DNA from: an uncultured Dongia sp.
GTDB taxonomy: Bacteria > Pseudomonadota > Alphaproteobacteria > Dongiales > Dongiaceae
Reading direction: 5' to 3'
Length of the DNA stretch: 64,000 bases
NCBI GenBank assembly: GCA_936916975.1
Contig: CAKZGO010000012.1
Coordinates: 1,775-65,774 of the forward strand
Made by a program: the position numbers and the translations under genes. Position 1 is the first letter of the stretch, and the number at the start of each line of letters is the position of its first letter. Positions 48,996 through 58,112 of this stretch are shown one piece after another. The notes beneath the pieces are model-generated. The model had not been told where the DNA came from. It made no database searches and saw only the letters and a program-made list of their open reading frames with translations.

Positions 48996-50479
48996 TGGAT
49001 CTCGCCCCGGCGCAGGTTGGTGAAGCTGCCGGCCTCGCCGTTGAAATACGTTTCAACCATCATCGGCGCCTTGCCCATGCGGTTCTTGGCGATGATCAGT
49101 TCGCAGACGTTGCGGGAATGCGCGATGGCGGCTTCCCAATGATCCATCCGATCGCGGAATTTGTCTTGCCCCTCGCTCTCGCGCTTCTGCGGCATGGTGC
49201 GGGAAAGATAATACTCATCGCGGTAACAGAACATGATCGCATCGGCATCCTGCTCGATGGTGCCGCTCTCGCGAAGGTCCGCCATCTGCGGGCGCTTATC
49301 CTCGCGTGCTTCAAGGGCGCGCGATAACTGGCTGAGGGCGACGACAGGCGCGTCCAACGCTTTCCACATGCCGGCAAGCCCGCGTGTCATCTGCGACAGT
49401 TCCTGTACACGGTTTTCGCTACGACTGCCGATGTTGGGTTGGGCCAGTTGCAGATAATCGAGACCCACAATCGCGAGCTTGCCGCCTCTCTGCACCATCT
49501 TGCGGCTGAATCGTCGGGCGCGCGATTGAATGCCGGCGATGGTCTGTCCAGGTTGATCGTCAATCTCCATATCGAGCTTTTCGATCCGCTTGACGGCAGC
49601 GAGTACCGCTCGGACCTCATCTTCATTCAGCTGGCCCCTGTCCTGACGGTCGGTCGCAATCCCCGTCTCCAAAGCGATGAGCTTCTTGCCCACCTTGGCG
49701 CGGTCCATTTCGAGCGAGGCGAGAAACGCGCCGGATGGCGTGCCGTCGTCGCGTGGCATGGCAGCCCGCCACAGCCAGTTGAACAGCAGGGAACTTTTCC
49801 CCATGCTGGGTCGACCACCCAGGATGATCAGGCCAGGCTGCAGCCCGCCGAAGCGATAGTCGAGATCGCCGATGCCGGTTGGCAGTCCCGTGATGTGGTC
49901 GGGCGAACGTAAGGCGCGCTCTATATCCGCCATAGCCTCCGCCGCAGCATCACCTGCCGTGACCACCGAACGCTGCGCCGTGGCCGAATCGGCGATCAGT
50001 GCCAATCGCGCCTCAAGCCCTTCAATAATGTTGCTGGCGTTGACCTTGAGGTCCGGGATCGCGGCCTCAGCCTCGAACACGCGTGCCGCATCCATCACCT
50101 GGCGCCGGAGATAGAGATCGACCACCTCACGCGCATAGTCGTCGGCGTTGATCACCGTCACCACGCATTGCGCCAGATGGATGATATAAGCGCCGCCGCC
50201 ACGATCACGGTACTCCGGGATCGCCTGCAACGCGAGATCGCTATCGAACACACGCTTCAACGTGATCGGATCTGCGCGCTTACCATCGCTGATGAGATCG
50301 CTGCACGCCGCATAGATGCGCCCATGCAGGGGATCGGCGAAGTGTTCCGGCCGCAGATAACCGTCGACCAGATGGAACACGCCATTATTGGTGATGACCG
50401 CGCCTAGAAAGGCCTTCTCGGCATCGTAATTAACCGGCGGCTCATAGTCGCCCCGGCGCAAGGACACCACGTTGCTCAT
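48992..50479 (-). CDS. dnaB: Replicative DNA helicase, DnaB family
   Basis: 495 aa with an N-terminal DnaB domain (EKAFLGAVI.NN) and Walker A GGRPSMGKSS. Also present are IVGLDYLQL and the RecA-like C-terminal motifs (VVALSQLSR, ESG.IEQDAD). Confidence 0.92.
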   Translation of the reverse strand: MSNVVSLRRGDYEPPVNYDAEKAFLGAVITNNGVFHLVDGYLRPEHFADPLHGRIYAACSDLISDGKRADPITLKRVFDSDLALQAIPEYRDRGGGAYIIHLAQCVVTVINADDYAREVVDLYLRRQVMDAARVFEAEAAIPDLKVNASNIIEGLEARLALIADSATAQRSVVTAGDAAAEAMADIERALRSPDHITGLPTGIGDLDYRFGGLQPGLIILGGRPSMGKSSLLFNWLWRAAMPRDDGTPSGAFLASLEMDRAKVGKKLIALETGIATDRQDRGQLNEDEVRAVLAAVKRIEKLDMEIDDQPGQTIAGIQSRARRFSRKMVQRGGKLAIVGLDYLQLAQPNIGSRSENRVQELSQMTRGLAGMWKALDAPVVALSQLSRALEAREDKRPQMADLRESGTIEQDADAIMFCYRDEYYLSRTMPQKRESEGQDKFRDRMDHWEAAIAHSRNVCELIIAKNRMGKAPMMVETYFNGEAGSFTNLRRGEIQ

Positions 50480-50480
50480 G

Positions 50481-51368
50481 CTAAGCGGGCGCTCCGATAG
50501 ACAGCAGATCTGTCTGCCGGTCCTGTCCGTCCAATGTGCGGCAGGCCTGCCGCCAATAGCTTTCCTTCAACTCGGTGCCGACGAACTTGCGCTTGAGCTT
50601 CAACGCGACGTGACCCTCCGATCCGATGCCCATGAACGGCGACAGCACCGTGTCTCCGGGATTGCTCCACAGGATGATGGCGCGGTCGATGACGTCGAGC
50701 TGCAGTGGGCACAGATGACGCTCGTCAGAGCCTTCACGCGCCAGCTTGACATTGAGCACGTTGGATTGGTTAACCGTCATCCACACGGGCGAGGCCCATT
50801 CCTGCCACTGCGATACCGAGAATTCCTCGGGCCGATGGCTGATCGGCGACGCATTCTCGCCGGGCTTCACGAAGGTCAGGAGATAGTCCGGCATGCCGCC
50901 GCGCGACTTGGCGCTGTCTTTCTGCAACTGCTTGTAGAGCAACCCGACATGCTTGGTGCGGGTCATCTCGGTGACCGGGCATTTCCAGATCGTGCGGCGC
51001 GAATGCAAGATCCACCCCGCCTCTTCATGGATGCGGATGATGTCGCCGCTGAAATCCTTGATGCCGACAACGCCGTCCTTCCATTTTGTCATCGGCAGAT
51101 CGGAGCAATGCACGGCAGTGAGACGCCCCGGCTTGGTGACACGGAATTTCTCCTTCACCAGATAGGCATAGTGCTGCGCGAACTCTTCATCGGTCGAGTT
51201 GCCCATATCGGCTGCACTCTCCGAATAGACGAAGAGCGAGCCGAAGGGCGGCGAATAGACCGAGAAATCGATGAACGCATCCGGCATCTGGCTGATGATG
51301 TCGACACAATCGCCATGATAGGCGGCAAACTCCAGCCCATGGGCCTCATTCAAGCAACGGATAGCCAT
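50481..51368 (-). CDS. DNA methyltransferase, N4/N6 beta-class (PF01555-like)
   Basis: 295 aa. Motif IV SPPF precedes motif I (SPFMGIGSE), and YHGDC is near the N-terminus. This is the circular permutation typical of beta-class amino-methyltransferases. Confidence 0.8.
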   Translation of the reverse strand: MAIRCLNEAHGLEFAAYHGDCVDIISQMPDAFIDFSVYSPPFGSLFVYSESAADMGNSTDEEFAQHYAYLVKEKFRVTKPGRLTAVHCSDLPMTKWKDGVVGIKDFSGDIIRIHEEAGWILHSRRTIWKCPVTEMTRTKHVGLLYKQLQKDSAKSRGGMPDYLLTFVKPGENASPISHRPEEFSVSQWQEWASPVWMTVNQSNVLNVKLAREGSDERHLCPLQLDVIDRAIILWSNPGDTVLSPFMGIGSEGHVALKLKRKFVGTELKESYWRQACRTLDGQDRQTDLLSIGAPA

Positions 51369-52756
51369 CCTGGCATCCTTCCCTGGTGTTGCGGGTTATA
51401 GGGCGACTTCACGATGGCATCGATGCCGATGGCGCGGCGCATAGCAGCGCGCATCGACACTTTCATCTTGAGGTGATCGTCCGCCTTGCGGTCGATGACG
51501 CGACCCACCGACTTCTCGCCCTCATCTAGGAAGAGATGGACGTCGACCGGGTTGATCTGTCCGAAGCGCCAGAAGCGGCGGACCGCCTGATAGAACAGCT
51601 CATACGAAAAGCTGCGGCCGACAAATCCCGTGCGATGGCAGAATTGGAAGTTGAGGCCATAGGCGCAGATCGACGGCTTGGTGATGAGCTTCAATTTGCT
51701 GCCGTCGGCGAAGCGCCGCAGGTTGGTTTCCTTTTCACTCGCCGTCATGCTGCCGCGTACCTCGACGGCATCCGGCATCAGGGCCCTGACCGCATCGGCT
51801 TCATAATCGGTATCCACCCACAACACCCACGCGTCGCGATCCGCCGCGGCGATCTCGACCGCGGCTGTTGCCCTGGCGCTCGACGTCGCGCGCTTCACCT
51901 GATGCATGTTTGTGGCATTCATCTGGATCGTGCTGAACATGCCCTCGGCCATCGGCAGGGTGCCGCCATCGACCCGGTGTGGGATGATATTGAGCGGCGG
52001 CAGGATATAGCCGGTATCATCGAAGCCGAGATCGGACGGCAGGGTCGCCATGCGCGCCCAACTCGCCATCCAATCCCAGAACGCCGTCTCGGCATGACCC
52101 TTGAGGCGCCAGTTCTGCGACGCTGTCGAGGTGTCATTGATGAAGAACCGGGACAGCATCTCGTTGCTGTGCATGACCTCCAGGAATTCGGCATGGGTGC
52201 CAATTTCCATATGATCATTGGGCGCCGGCGTCGCCGTGGCGGCGATCTTCCATCGTTGGCCGGCAAATCCGTCGATGAGATCGCGGGTGGTCTTGCCGGT
52301 GAAGTTCTTGATGATCGAACTCTCATCAAGCCCGCCGGCACCGAAGACACCGAGGTCGAATTTGTCGCGGATGTCATAGTTGAAGATGTTGATGCCTTCG
52401 CGCACCTCATCGGGGGCACGCACCAGCTGCGACCGATAACCGAACCGCTTGGCTTCCTCATGGATCTGCCAACCGACGGTGAGAGGCGCCAGCAGCGCCG
52501 CCTTGCCGTTGCTGGCATCCGCGGCATGGGTCAGGAACTCCAGCTCGGCAAGCGTCTTGCCGAGGCCGGTATCGAGGAAGCAGCCGGACCCACCACTCTC
52601 CAAGGCGAAGGCCACGCAATGGGCCTGGATCGGCTTGAGGTGCGATGACAAGGCCGGCACAGCGGACATCCCCCGGCGCGGTGCCTTCACTTCCTTGCTG
52701 CGCAGGAAGGCGGTGTAGTCGTCGTCATTCGCGGGATTGCGGAAGATCTCGCTCAT
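51350..52756 (-). CDS. SF2 (SNF2/DEAD-like) helicase
   Basis: 468 aa with motif I DTGLGKT, motif II GLDESS, motif III ATATP and a C-terminal helicase domain (KPSICAYGLNFQ). Confidence 0.75.
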   Translation of the reverse strand: MSEIFRNPANDDDYTAFLRSKEVKAPRRGMSAVPALSSHLKPIQAHCVAFALESGGSGCFLDTGLGKTLAELEFLTHAADASNGKAALLAPLTVGWQIHEEAKRFGYRSQLVRAPDEVREGINIFNYDIRDKFDLGVFGAGGLDESSIIKNFTGKTTRDLIDGFAGQRWKIAATATPAPNDHMEIGTHAEFLEVMHSNEMLSRFFINDTSTASQNWRLKGHAETAFWDWMASWARMATLPSDLGFDDTGYILPPLNIIPHRVDGGTLPMAEGMFSTIQMNATNMHQVKRATSSARATAAVEIAAADRDAWVLWVDTDYEADAVRALMPDAVEVRGSMTASEKETNLRRFADGSKLKLITKPSICAYGLNFQFCHRTGFVGRSFSYELFYQAVRRFWRFGQINPVDVHLFLDEGEKSVGRVIDRKADDHLKMKVSMRAAMRRAIGIDAIVKSPYNPQHQGRMPGWLSVA

Positions 52757-53283
52757 GCCTTCGTCCCCCGCCCGCGCCAGGACAGGCCCAGCTTGTAGCC
52801 GCGCGACTGCACCGCGCTGGCAGGTATGTCCATGATGCCGGCGATGTCGTGGATCGTGAACCCGTCGCCATGCAACTGCCGCAGCCAGGATTCGCGGGCC
52901 TCACCCCACTCGATATCCGGCCCGCGCTTTGGGGCGACGAGGTCCTTGACGATCCGGGGCTGGAGATCGTTCGCCGGGACATAGCTCGTCACCACGATGG
53001 ACCCCAGCCGCACGCGACTGCGGCCCTGCATGATATCGAGGGTGACGACCGATCCCGCCTTCAACGGCTCGTTGCGCCCCTGGTTCTCCGACGGGCGGTG
53101 CAGGATCGGTCGCGGTGCCGGGTCCTGGGTGGTGATGGAATACCAGCCCGCCAGCCAGCGCGCGCCGTCATGGCTCTCCGGGTCATAGGGGCACCAGGCG
53201 ATGACTTGCCCAGGCCGCCGCAGCCGCGCAGCCTGGACGCCCATCTGATGGGGGATATCGAGCAGGCGCGTGCTTACAGGCAT
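52753..53283 (-). CDS. Phage protein with C-terminal GcrA-like HTH
   Basis: 176 aa. The C-terminus WGEARESWLRQLHGDGFTIHDIAGIMDIPASAVQSRGYKLGLS follows the GcrA N-domain pattern W..E....L..L...G.S...IA......R.AV.GK..RLGL. Confidence 0.45.
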   Translation of the reverse strand: MPVSTRLLDIPHQMGVQAARLRRPGQVIAWCPYDPESHDGARWLAGWYSITTQDPAPRPILHRPSENQGRNEPLKAGSVVTLDIMQGRSRVRLGSIVVTSYVPANDLQPRIVKDLVAPKRGPDIEWGEARESWLRQLHGDGFTIHDIAGIMDIPASAVQSRGYKLGLSWRGRGTKA

Positions 53284-53537
53284 AATGCGCCCCGCTTGTT
53301 ATGTGGCACGGTCCACCGCTTGCGCGTCAGCTTGGCGCGGACAGCGCCATGGGACCGGCCGAGATGATCGGCAATGACGCGGGTCTTAATCCCCTCGGTT
53401 CGCATGCGCTCCATGGTGTTGAGGTCATCCTCGCTCCAGGGCATACGCGGCGGTCGCGCGTCTTCGGTGGTTTCACGTGAAACTGTTACATCGCGGATAT
53501 AACGGGACCGGATTTCGGCAATGGAGCTGACCCTCAT
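53274..53537 (-). CDS. Small GcrA/Myb-SANT-like HTH protein
   Basis: I take ATG 53535-53537 (ATGA overlap with the upstream stop), 87 aa, with PWSEDDLNTMERMRTEGIKTRVIADHLGRSHGAVRAKL. Confidence 0.4.
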   Translation of the reverse strand: MRVSSIAEIRSRYIRDVTVSRETTEDARPPRMPWSEDDLNTMERMRTEGIKTRVIADHLGRSHGAVRAKLTRKRWTVPHNKRGALCL

Positions 53538-53941
53538 GGGCGATCCTCCGCGGCAACACCCAGCATCGTCCCGGCCGGGACATAGGTGGCCGGCAGCGCC
53601 AGGCGGCCCGGCGGCGACCGTCGGATGTTGAAGTCGGTGAAGCGGGCGCCGCACAACGCCGCCCGCCAGAGATCATTGGCCCAAGACGGCTGCTCCAGGG
53701 GGCCGCCATCCTCTTCTGCCTCGGACTTGGTGACGGGTGCCTGCGTAAGAACCGGTCGCGGCGCCGGTATCCGGGTGGGCGGCAAGCCATGGCGATGCGG
53801 GGCGACGACAGGATCGACGCCGCAGGCCCGGCGCGCGGTCGCGACCTCGGTCACTTCAATGCGGAACGCCGCCGCGATGGCCGCATCGGCATAGCCCGCC
53901 CGGATCAGGCGGAGAACGCTGTCGGTGAGGGTTTTAATCAT
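53534..53941 (-). CDS. Hypothetical early protein
   Basis: I take ATG 53939-53941 (MIKTLTDSVLRLIRAGYADAAIAAAFRIEVTEV...), 135 aa. The long N-terminal extension in the track ORF is Arg/Gly-rich shadow and overlaps the + strand HicB-like gene. Confidence 0.45.
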   Translation of the reverse strand: MIKTLTDSVLRLIRAGYADAAIAAAFRIEVTEVATARRACGVDPVVAPHRHGLPPTRIPAPRPVLTQAPVTKSEAEEDGGPLEQPSWANDLWRAALCGARFTDFNIRRSPPGRLALPATYVPAGTMLGVAAEDRP

Positions 53942-54037
53942 GCCGCCCCCCCCCGGGCCAAAAGACGCGATGATTGCAAATCCCGGGCGGCTCATGTCAC
54001 AAAGGCTGCGGGGTTGCCGTTGGGAAGGGGAAAGCCT

Positions 54038-54367
54038 ATGGCCGATTATATCGCAGTCCTGATGCCGGATGGCCGTAAGGGCTACACCGTGCTGTTTCCG
54101 GACCTGCCATGCTGTGCGACACAGGGCGTTGACATTGTGACCGCAACCGCAGCGGCCGGGCGCACCCTTGCCGACCATCTGGCGGCGATGCAGGACGCGC
54201 AGCAATCGCTGCCCGAACCCAGTACGCTGGAGATGATCCGCGCCGATAGCGCCTGGGCCGCAGAGTACAACGTCGATTGGTCGCGCGCGCTCGTCACGCA
54301 TGTCGCCGAACCTGACACGCCGGATCTGATCCCGGTCCGCAACAGCAGGCCTATCGCGAAAGAATGA
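54038..54367 (+). CDS. HicB-like (UPF0150) antitoxin-fold protein, solitary
   Basis: ATG 54038-54040 has GGAAGGGGAAAG upstream, giving 109 aa. MADYIAVLMPDGRKGYTVLFPDLPCCATQGVDIVTATAAAGRTLADHLAAM matches the HicB N-domain pattern (Y.....e.dg.gy.v.fPDLPGC.t.G.t.eEa...a.eAl..hl). Confidence 0.6.
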   Translation: MADYIAVLMPDGRKGYTVLFPDLPCCATQGVDIVTATAAAGRTLADHLAAMQDAQQSLPEPSTLEMIRADSAWAAEYNVDWSRALVTHVAEPDTPDLIPVRNSRPIAKE

Positions 54368-54393
54368 GCGGCGGGTGCTTGCAATCACACCAC

Positions 54394-54606
54394 TCATATC
54401 ACTTCGCCTTTCAGAAAGAACCGGCCGTGGCCATCGGACATAAGAACCCCGTGACCGACCAGCCGTAGCCATGTGACCGGAGCGATCCCGCCGGTAACTT
54501 CGCCCATCGCCAGCATATGGCCATCTTTGTCGATGACACCCTGTCTGCCACGTTGTTTGATCCACTCAACGGCCTTTGACTGTGCTGCGGTTAGCTTATG
54601 GCTCAT
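54394..54606 (-). CDS. Hypothetical early protein
   Basis: 70-aa ORF overlapping the stop of the C5 methyltransferase gene by 4 nt. Confidence 0.45.
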   Translation of the reverse strand: MSHKLTAAQSKAVEWIKQRGRQGVIDKDGHMLAMGEVTGGIAPVTWLRLVGHGVLMSDGHGRFFLKGEVI

Positions 54607-56522
54607 GCGACCTCGCTTCCCGGCGCAGCCAAGTCATCATTGGCTGCGCCGGCTTCCGCGAAGTTCGCGCGCACCAGAGCCTCGGCAATCGGTGGGCAGA
54701 CGCTGTTGCCGCAGCGGCCGATCTGTGCGGTCTTGGTAATGGGTGTGCCATCGGCTGCGCGATCGATGATGTACGAATCCGGGAACCCCTGCGCGCGGAA
54801 CAACTCGCGCGGTGTCAGCATCCGCATGCCGATATCGACGATCTGGTATTCCTCGCCCTTCACCGTGACGAGGCCGAAGCGCGCCTTGTCGGTCGCGGTG
54901 TGCAGGGGCGACAACAGATCCTGACCGTGTTCCGCGCTACCGAAATACTTGATGAGGAAGGCGCGGACCTCACCGATGTGGAAACCACCTGCGGTGACAG
55001 TCGGCATGGGGTCATCGACCGGTTGTCCATCCTTGCAGGTGCCGCGCAGCTTAATGAGATGACTGGCGACGATTTGCTGCTGCGCGCCGCTTTGCGTCAC
55101 GGTCGACACGGGATCATCTGCAGCGCGCCCGGCGCCTTCGTTATAGCCGCCATTGTGCTGTGCCAGGAAGGCGGCAACGACGGCGTGACGGTTCTCCGTC
55201 GTTTGGGTACGTAGTGGATCATCTAGTGATGCACTACGATCCGTTCCCCCACTGCCTTCTCCGTAATATGCCGACAAGTGTGCAGACACCAGGCCGATGG
55301 GCGCACTGCCGCCGGGTCGCTTGATAAAGCTGTTGGCCGTCACCGTATGCATAGGCTCGTCGATGCCGTGGCCTGTGCTGTTGGCCCGGAATTTGGTGAT
55401 GTGCGGCACCACCAGCGCATGCTTGACGCCGCCAGCGACGACTGTGCCGAGCGGCTTCTCGATATCGAGTGAGCGCGGCGCCTGCCCTTCCCGCTCGCCA
55501 TAGCCCGTCTGAATCAGCGTTGCTGTCGCCAGGCAAGCATCGGCTTTGGCTGTCATCGTGGCGAGTGGTTCATCGCCACCACGGGGCCTGGACTGTGCGG
55601 CCCGACCGCCGCAACCGACCACCGTCGGCACGACCAACGCCATCTCGCCCCGCTGCGCGGTCGTGATGGTCCGCAACGGTTCGGATGTCGGGTGGACGCG
55701 CGTGTCGCCATGATGTGTCACGGGCACGATGAACGGTTCGGCGGCATCGATCACATAGCGCTTCACGCCGCGCGCGATCCGCTTCAACGTATTTTCTGCC
55801 AATGGCTTCTTGCGCTCGAAGATGGACGGGCACGGGATGGCCCAGTCGATGCAGTCGGCGGCCGTGCGGTATGGCAGCAGGCCGGAACCTTTGGGACCAT
55901 GTGTCGGCTTTGGCCACACGATCGGCAGGCCGTCACAGCGGGCAATCAGAAACAGCCGCTTGCGGATCGTCGGCGCGCCATAATCGCTGGCGCGCAACTC
56001 GCGCCAGTCGACCTGATAGCCGAGCGACTTTAGCCGGGCAACCCAACGGCGGAAGGTAACGCCCTTCTGCAGCGGGCATGGCATCAGCTTGCCGTCATCG
56101 GTCGTGACCAATGGTCCCCAATCGCGGAATTCCTCGACATTCTCCAGCATGATGACGCGCGGGCGCTCCAACTTCGGCAGCGCGGCATAGCGGATCACGA
56201 CCCAGGCGAGGTCGCGGATATGCCGCTCAACCGGCTTGCCGCCCTTGGCCTTGGAGAAATGCTTGCAGTCGGGGCTGAACCAGGCAAGGCCGATCGGCCG
56301 GGCCTTGCCGCTGGCATCGCGCGTGGCGTCGCGCGGATGCACGGACCATACGGATTGGCATAGGTGATTGGTATGGGGGTGATTGGCCGCATGCATCGCC
56401 ACCGCGGCGGGATCGTGGTTCACGGCAACATCGATGGCGCGGCCCAAGGCCGCTTCGATCCCTGTCGATGCGCCGCCACCGCCCGCAAAATTATCGACGA
56501 CGATTTCCCCCGGCAGCAGCAT
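54603..56522 (-). CDS. DNA (cytosine-5) methyltransferase
   Basis: 639 aa with motif I DNFAGGGG, the PC motif FSPDCKHFS, ENV (MLENVEEF), RELFRAQGFPDSY and GNSVCPP. A long variable target-recognition region lies between them. Confidence 0.88.
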   Translation of the reverse strand: MLLPGEIVVDNFAGGGGASTGIEAALGRAIDVAVNHDPAAVAMHAANHPHTNHLCQSVWSVHPRDATRDASGKARPIGLAWFSPDCKHFSKAKGGKPVERHIRDLAWVVIRYAALPKLERPRVIMLENVEEFRDWGPLVTTDDGKLMPCPLQKGVTFRRWVARLKSLGYQVDWRELRASDYGAPTIRKRLFLIARCDGLPIVWPKPTHGPKGSGLLPYRTAADCIDWAIPCPSIFERKKPLAENTLKRIARGVKRYVIDAAEPFIVPVTHHGDTRVHPTSEPLRTITTAQRGEMALVVPTVVGCGGRAAQSRPRGGDEPLATMTAKADACLATATLIQTGYGEREGQAPRSLDIEKPLGTVVAGGVKHALVVPHITKFRANSTGHGIDEPMHTVTANSFIKRPGGSAPIGLVSAHLSAYYGEGSGGTDRSASLDDPLRTQTTENRHAVVAAFLAQHNGGYNEGAGRAADDPVSTVTQSGAQQQIVASHLIKLRGTCKDGQPVDDPMPTVTAGGFHIGEVRAFLIKYFGSAEHGQDLLSPLHTATDKARFGLVTVKGEEYQIVDIGMRMLTPRELFRAQGFPDSYIIDRAADGTPITKTAQIGRCGNSVCPPIAEALVRANFAEAGAANDDLAAPGSEVA

Positions 56523-56554
56523 GGCAGTCCCCGAACAAGATTGATGAGTGTCGA

Positions 56555-56914
56555 CTAGTTTCCGGCAATGAATTTGCGGCCGGTGTCAGGATCTCGCCCG
56601 TCTTGCACCGCGCGACGCCGGAGGGCGGCAAAGGCGAACGGCTTGAGTTTGATGAGGTCCTTGTCTCGCAGTCCGGGATAGCCGGCGCGTGCCCACTGTT
56701 TGCGTTCGCGATTGGTCATTGCCTCGACGACAAACTGGAAGTCGCCTCTTTCCGCAGCGCCGCGACCCTTGTGAGGATGTTTCTTGTCCAAAGGCCGTCG
56801 CGCGGTCGGGCGACCCGACGGCTCGCGACCCACATCGGCCGGGTAAAAACTCAAACCCGGCGCCATGGAGAGTAAAGCTGCTGTCGCGGCACCGAGTAGA
56901 TTTGCTTTGAACAT
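56555..56914 (-). CDS. Hypothetical early protein
   Basis: 119-aa ORF. The start is uncertain; an internal MTNRERKQW... is possible. Confidence 0.35.
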   Translation of the reverse strand: MFKANLLGAATAALLSMAPGLSFYPADVGREPSGRPTARRPLDKKHPHKGRGAAERGDFQFVVEAMTNRERKQWARAGYPGLRDKDLIKLKPFAFAALRRRAVQDGRDPDTGRKFIAGN

Positions 56915-57099
56915 GGCATTCCCCGTTGATGAAACTGGTAGCGATAGATCGGGCCGGCCTTGATACCGGCTAGGTGAATATTTTGTTCTTGGCAGTCGTC
57001 ACCGCCGCAAACCGGAGGCCTGCTCTGCAAGAGCGCGACCACCCACCATGGATTCGCGTGTGCCTTCCACGCCGCCGACCTTCCCTTGCGGGAACCGAA

Positions 57100-57579
57100 T
57101 TATTTCCGCCCGTTCTTCGCCGCCTTGGCGATGGCGGCGCGCACATCGTCGAGCTGCTTCTGCGCGACCTTGAGGGCCTTGGTGAGGGCGGCGTTCTCGG
57201 TAGGCGAGATCGAGGCGCCCTCATCGGACCCAAGGTCATTAGCCCTGCACACCAGGCCGTGAAAGCCACCGACGGCCTCGCCCAATTCCAGGGCTTCGAA
57301 CATCACGCCGCGCAGCTTGGGATCGTCGCCGCGGCCGACCAGCTTCAGCTGCTCGGCATAGGCCGAGAGAAACGGTGGTTCGTTCCCTGCAGCAAGACAC
57401 GCGGCATCGATCTGCAGGCAGTTGTGAATCGTCGGGCGCCCGTCATGGTCCGGGTTGGTCCAGTTGCGCACCGAACCGGTGCCGCGATCAGCGATAGCCG
57501 CGACCTGTTCGGCACCGAGAAAATGGATGGCAGCAAGGGCCGCCGCCTCGAACGAGGCCGCGTCACGCAGTCGGACCAT
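57100..57579 (-). CDS. Early regulatory protein candidate (CII position)
   Basis: I take ATG 57577-57579 (MVRLRDAASF...), 159 aa. It is the second gene of the rightward-type early operon, after the cro-like gene. Assigned by position only. Confidence 0.35.
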   Translation of the reverse strand: MVRLRDAASFEAAALAAIHFLGAEQVAAIADRGTGSVRNWTNPDHDGRPTIHNCLQIDAACLAAGNEPPFLSAYAEQLKLVGRGDDPKLRGVMFEALELGEAVGGFHGLVCRANDLGSDEGASISPTENAALTKALKVAQKQLDDVRAAIAKAAKNGRK

Positions 57580-58069
57580 GATGGATCTCCTCTTGGGTGG
57601 GTTTGTCGGGATTGGGTGTCGGTGTGGCGTCGCCGTCTGGGGTGACACCGCTTGGCAACGCACCTGCTAAAACGTCAGGTCGATTAGCGTTGTTAACCAT
57701 GGCGGGATCGGTGAGGGTGTCGGTGGCGGCGTCCCCGCCGACATGGTCGGGATTACCCCCTGGGTGAGCGCTGTCAGGAACGACGTCGCCGCAAGGCGCA
57801 TTGTCGTTCGCCGGCACACCCAGTGCAGGCAGCTTGGTGAGGCCGAAGAAATCTTCCGGCTTCAAATCGATCCCGGCAGCCCGCGCGCAACGAAGGATGG
57901 TTGGTTGAAGATCAGCAGGGATAAGGCCGTCCGTTCCGCCGCGCGCACGCGGATAGGCCCAGCAATAGACCGTCTTGGTCGTGCGGTTGACCCAGAGCGC
58001 GATGGCTTTCACCCCATCGGTCCGCGAGCCTTGGCCGCATTTCGTGATGACATGTTCCGCGATGTTCAT
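57563..58069 (-). CDS. Cro-like HTH protein with a long Pro/Asp/Thr-rich tail
   Basis: 168 aa, the first gene divergent from the repressor. The N-terminal ~75 aa fit a YdaS/Cro-type HTH pattern. ATG 58067-58069 lies 8 nt downstream of a -10 element. Confidence 0.5.
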   Translation of the reverse strand: MNIAEHVITKCGQGSRTDGVKAIALWVNRTTKTVYCWAYPRARGGTDGLIPADLQPTILRCARAAGIDLKPEDFFGLTKLPALGVPANDNAPCGDVVPDSAHPGGNPDHVGGDAATDTLTDPAMVNNANRPDVLAGALPSGVTPDGDATPTPNPDKPTQEEIHHGPTA

Positions 58070-58077
58070 GACGCCGA

Positions 58078-58098
58078 TAATTACAGATTGTGTAATTC
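58078..58098. promoter_or_regulatory. Operator O-R1: TAATTAC-N7-GTAATTC
   Basis: Inverted repeat read directly. It overlaps the spacer and -10 of the PR-like promoter. Confidence 0.65.
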
Positions 58099-58106
58099 AG
58101 CGTCAA
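58078..58106 (-). promoter_or_regulatory. PR-like promoter for the cro-like operon
   Basis: The minus strand reads TTGACG (58106-58101), 17 nt, TAATTA (58083-58078), then 8 nt to the ATG. No Shine-Dalgarno sequence is possible, so the message is leaderless or nearly so. Confidence 0.6.
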
Positions 58107-58112
58107 TAGCTG

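Noticed and set aside
53942-54565. N-terminal extension of the 343-aa minus-strand ORF 53534..54565
   Set aside because: It overlaps the + strand HicB-like gene and is Arg/Gly-rich. A plausible start (MIKTLTD...) at 53941 leaves a promoter-sized gap.
53942-54606. A HicA toxin partner for the HicB-like gene
   Set aside because: The upstream gap is only 96 nt and holds only a 27-codon frame. The downstream 70-aa ORF is on the other strand and lacks the HicA pattern.
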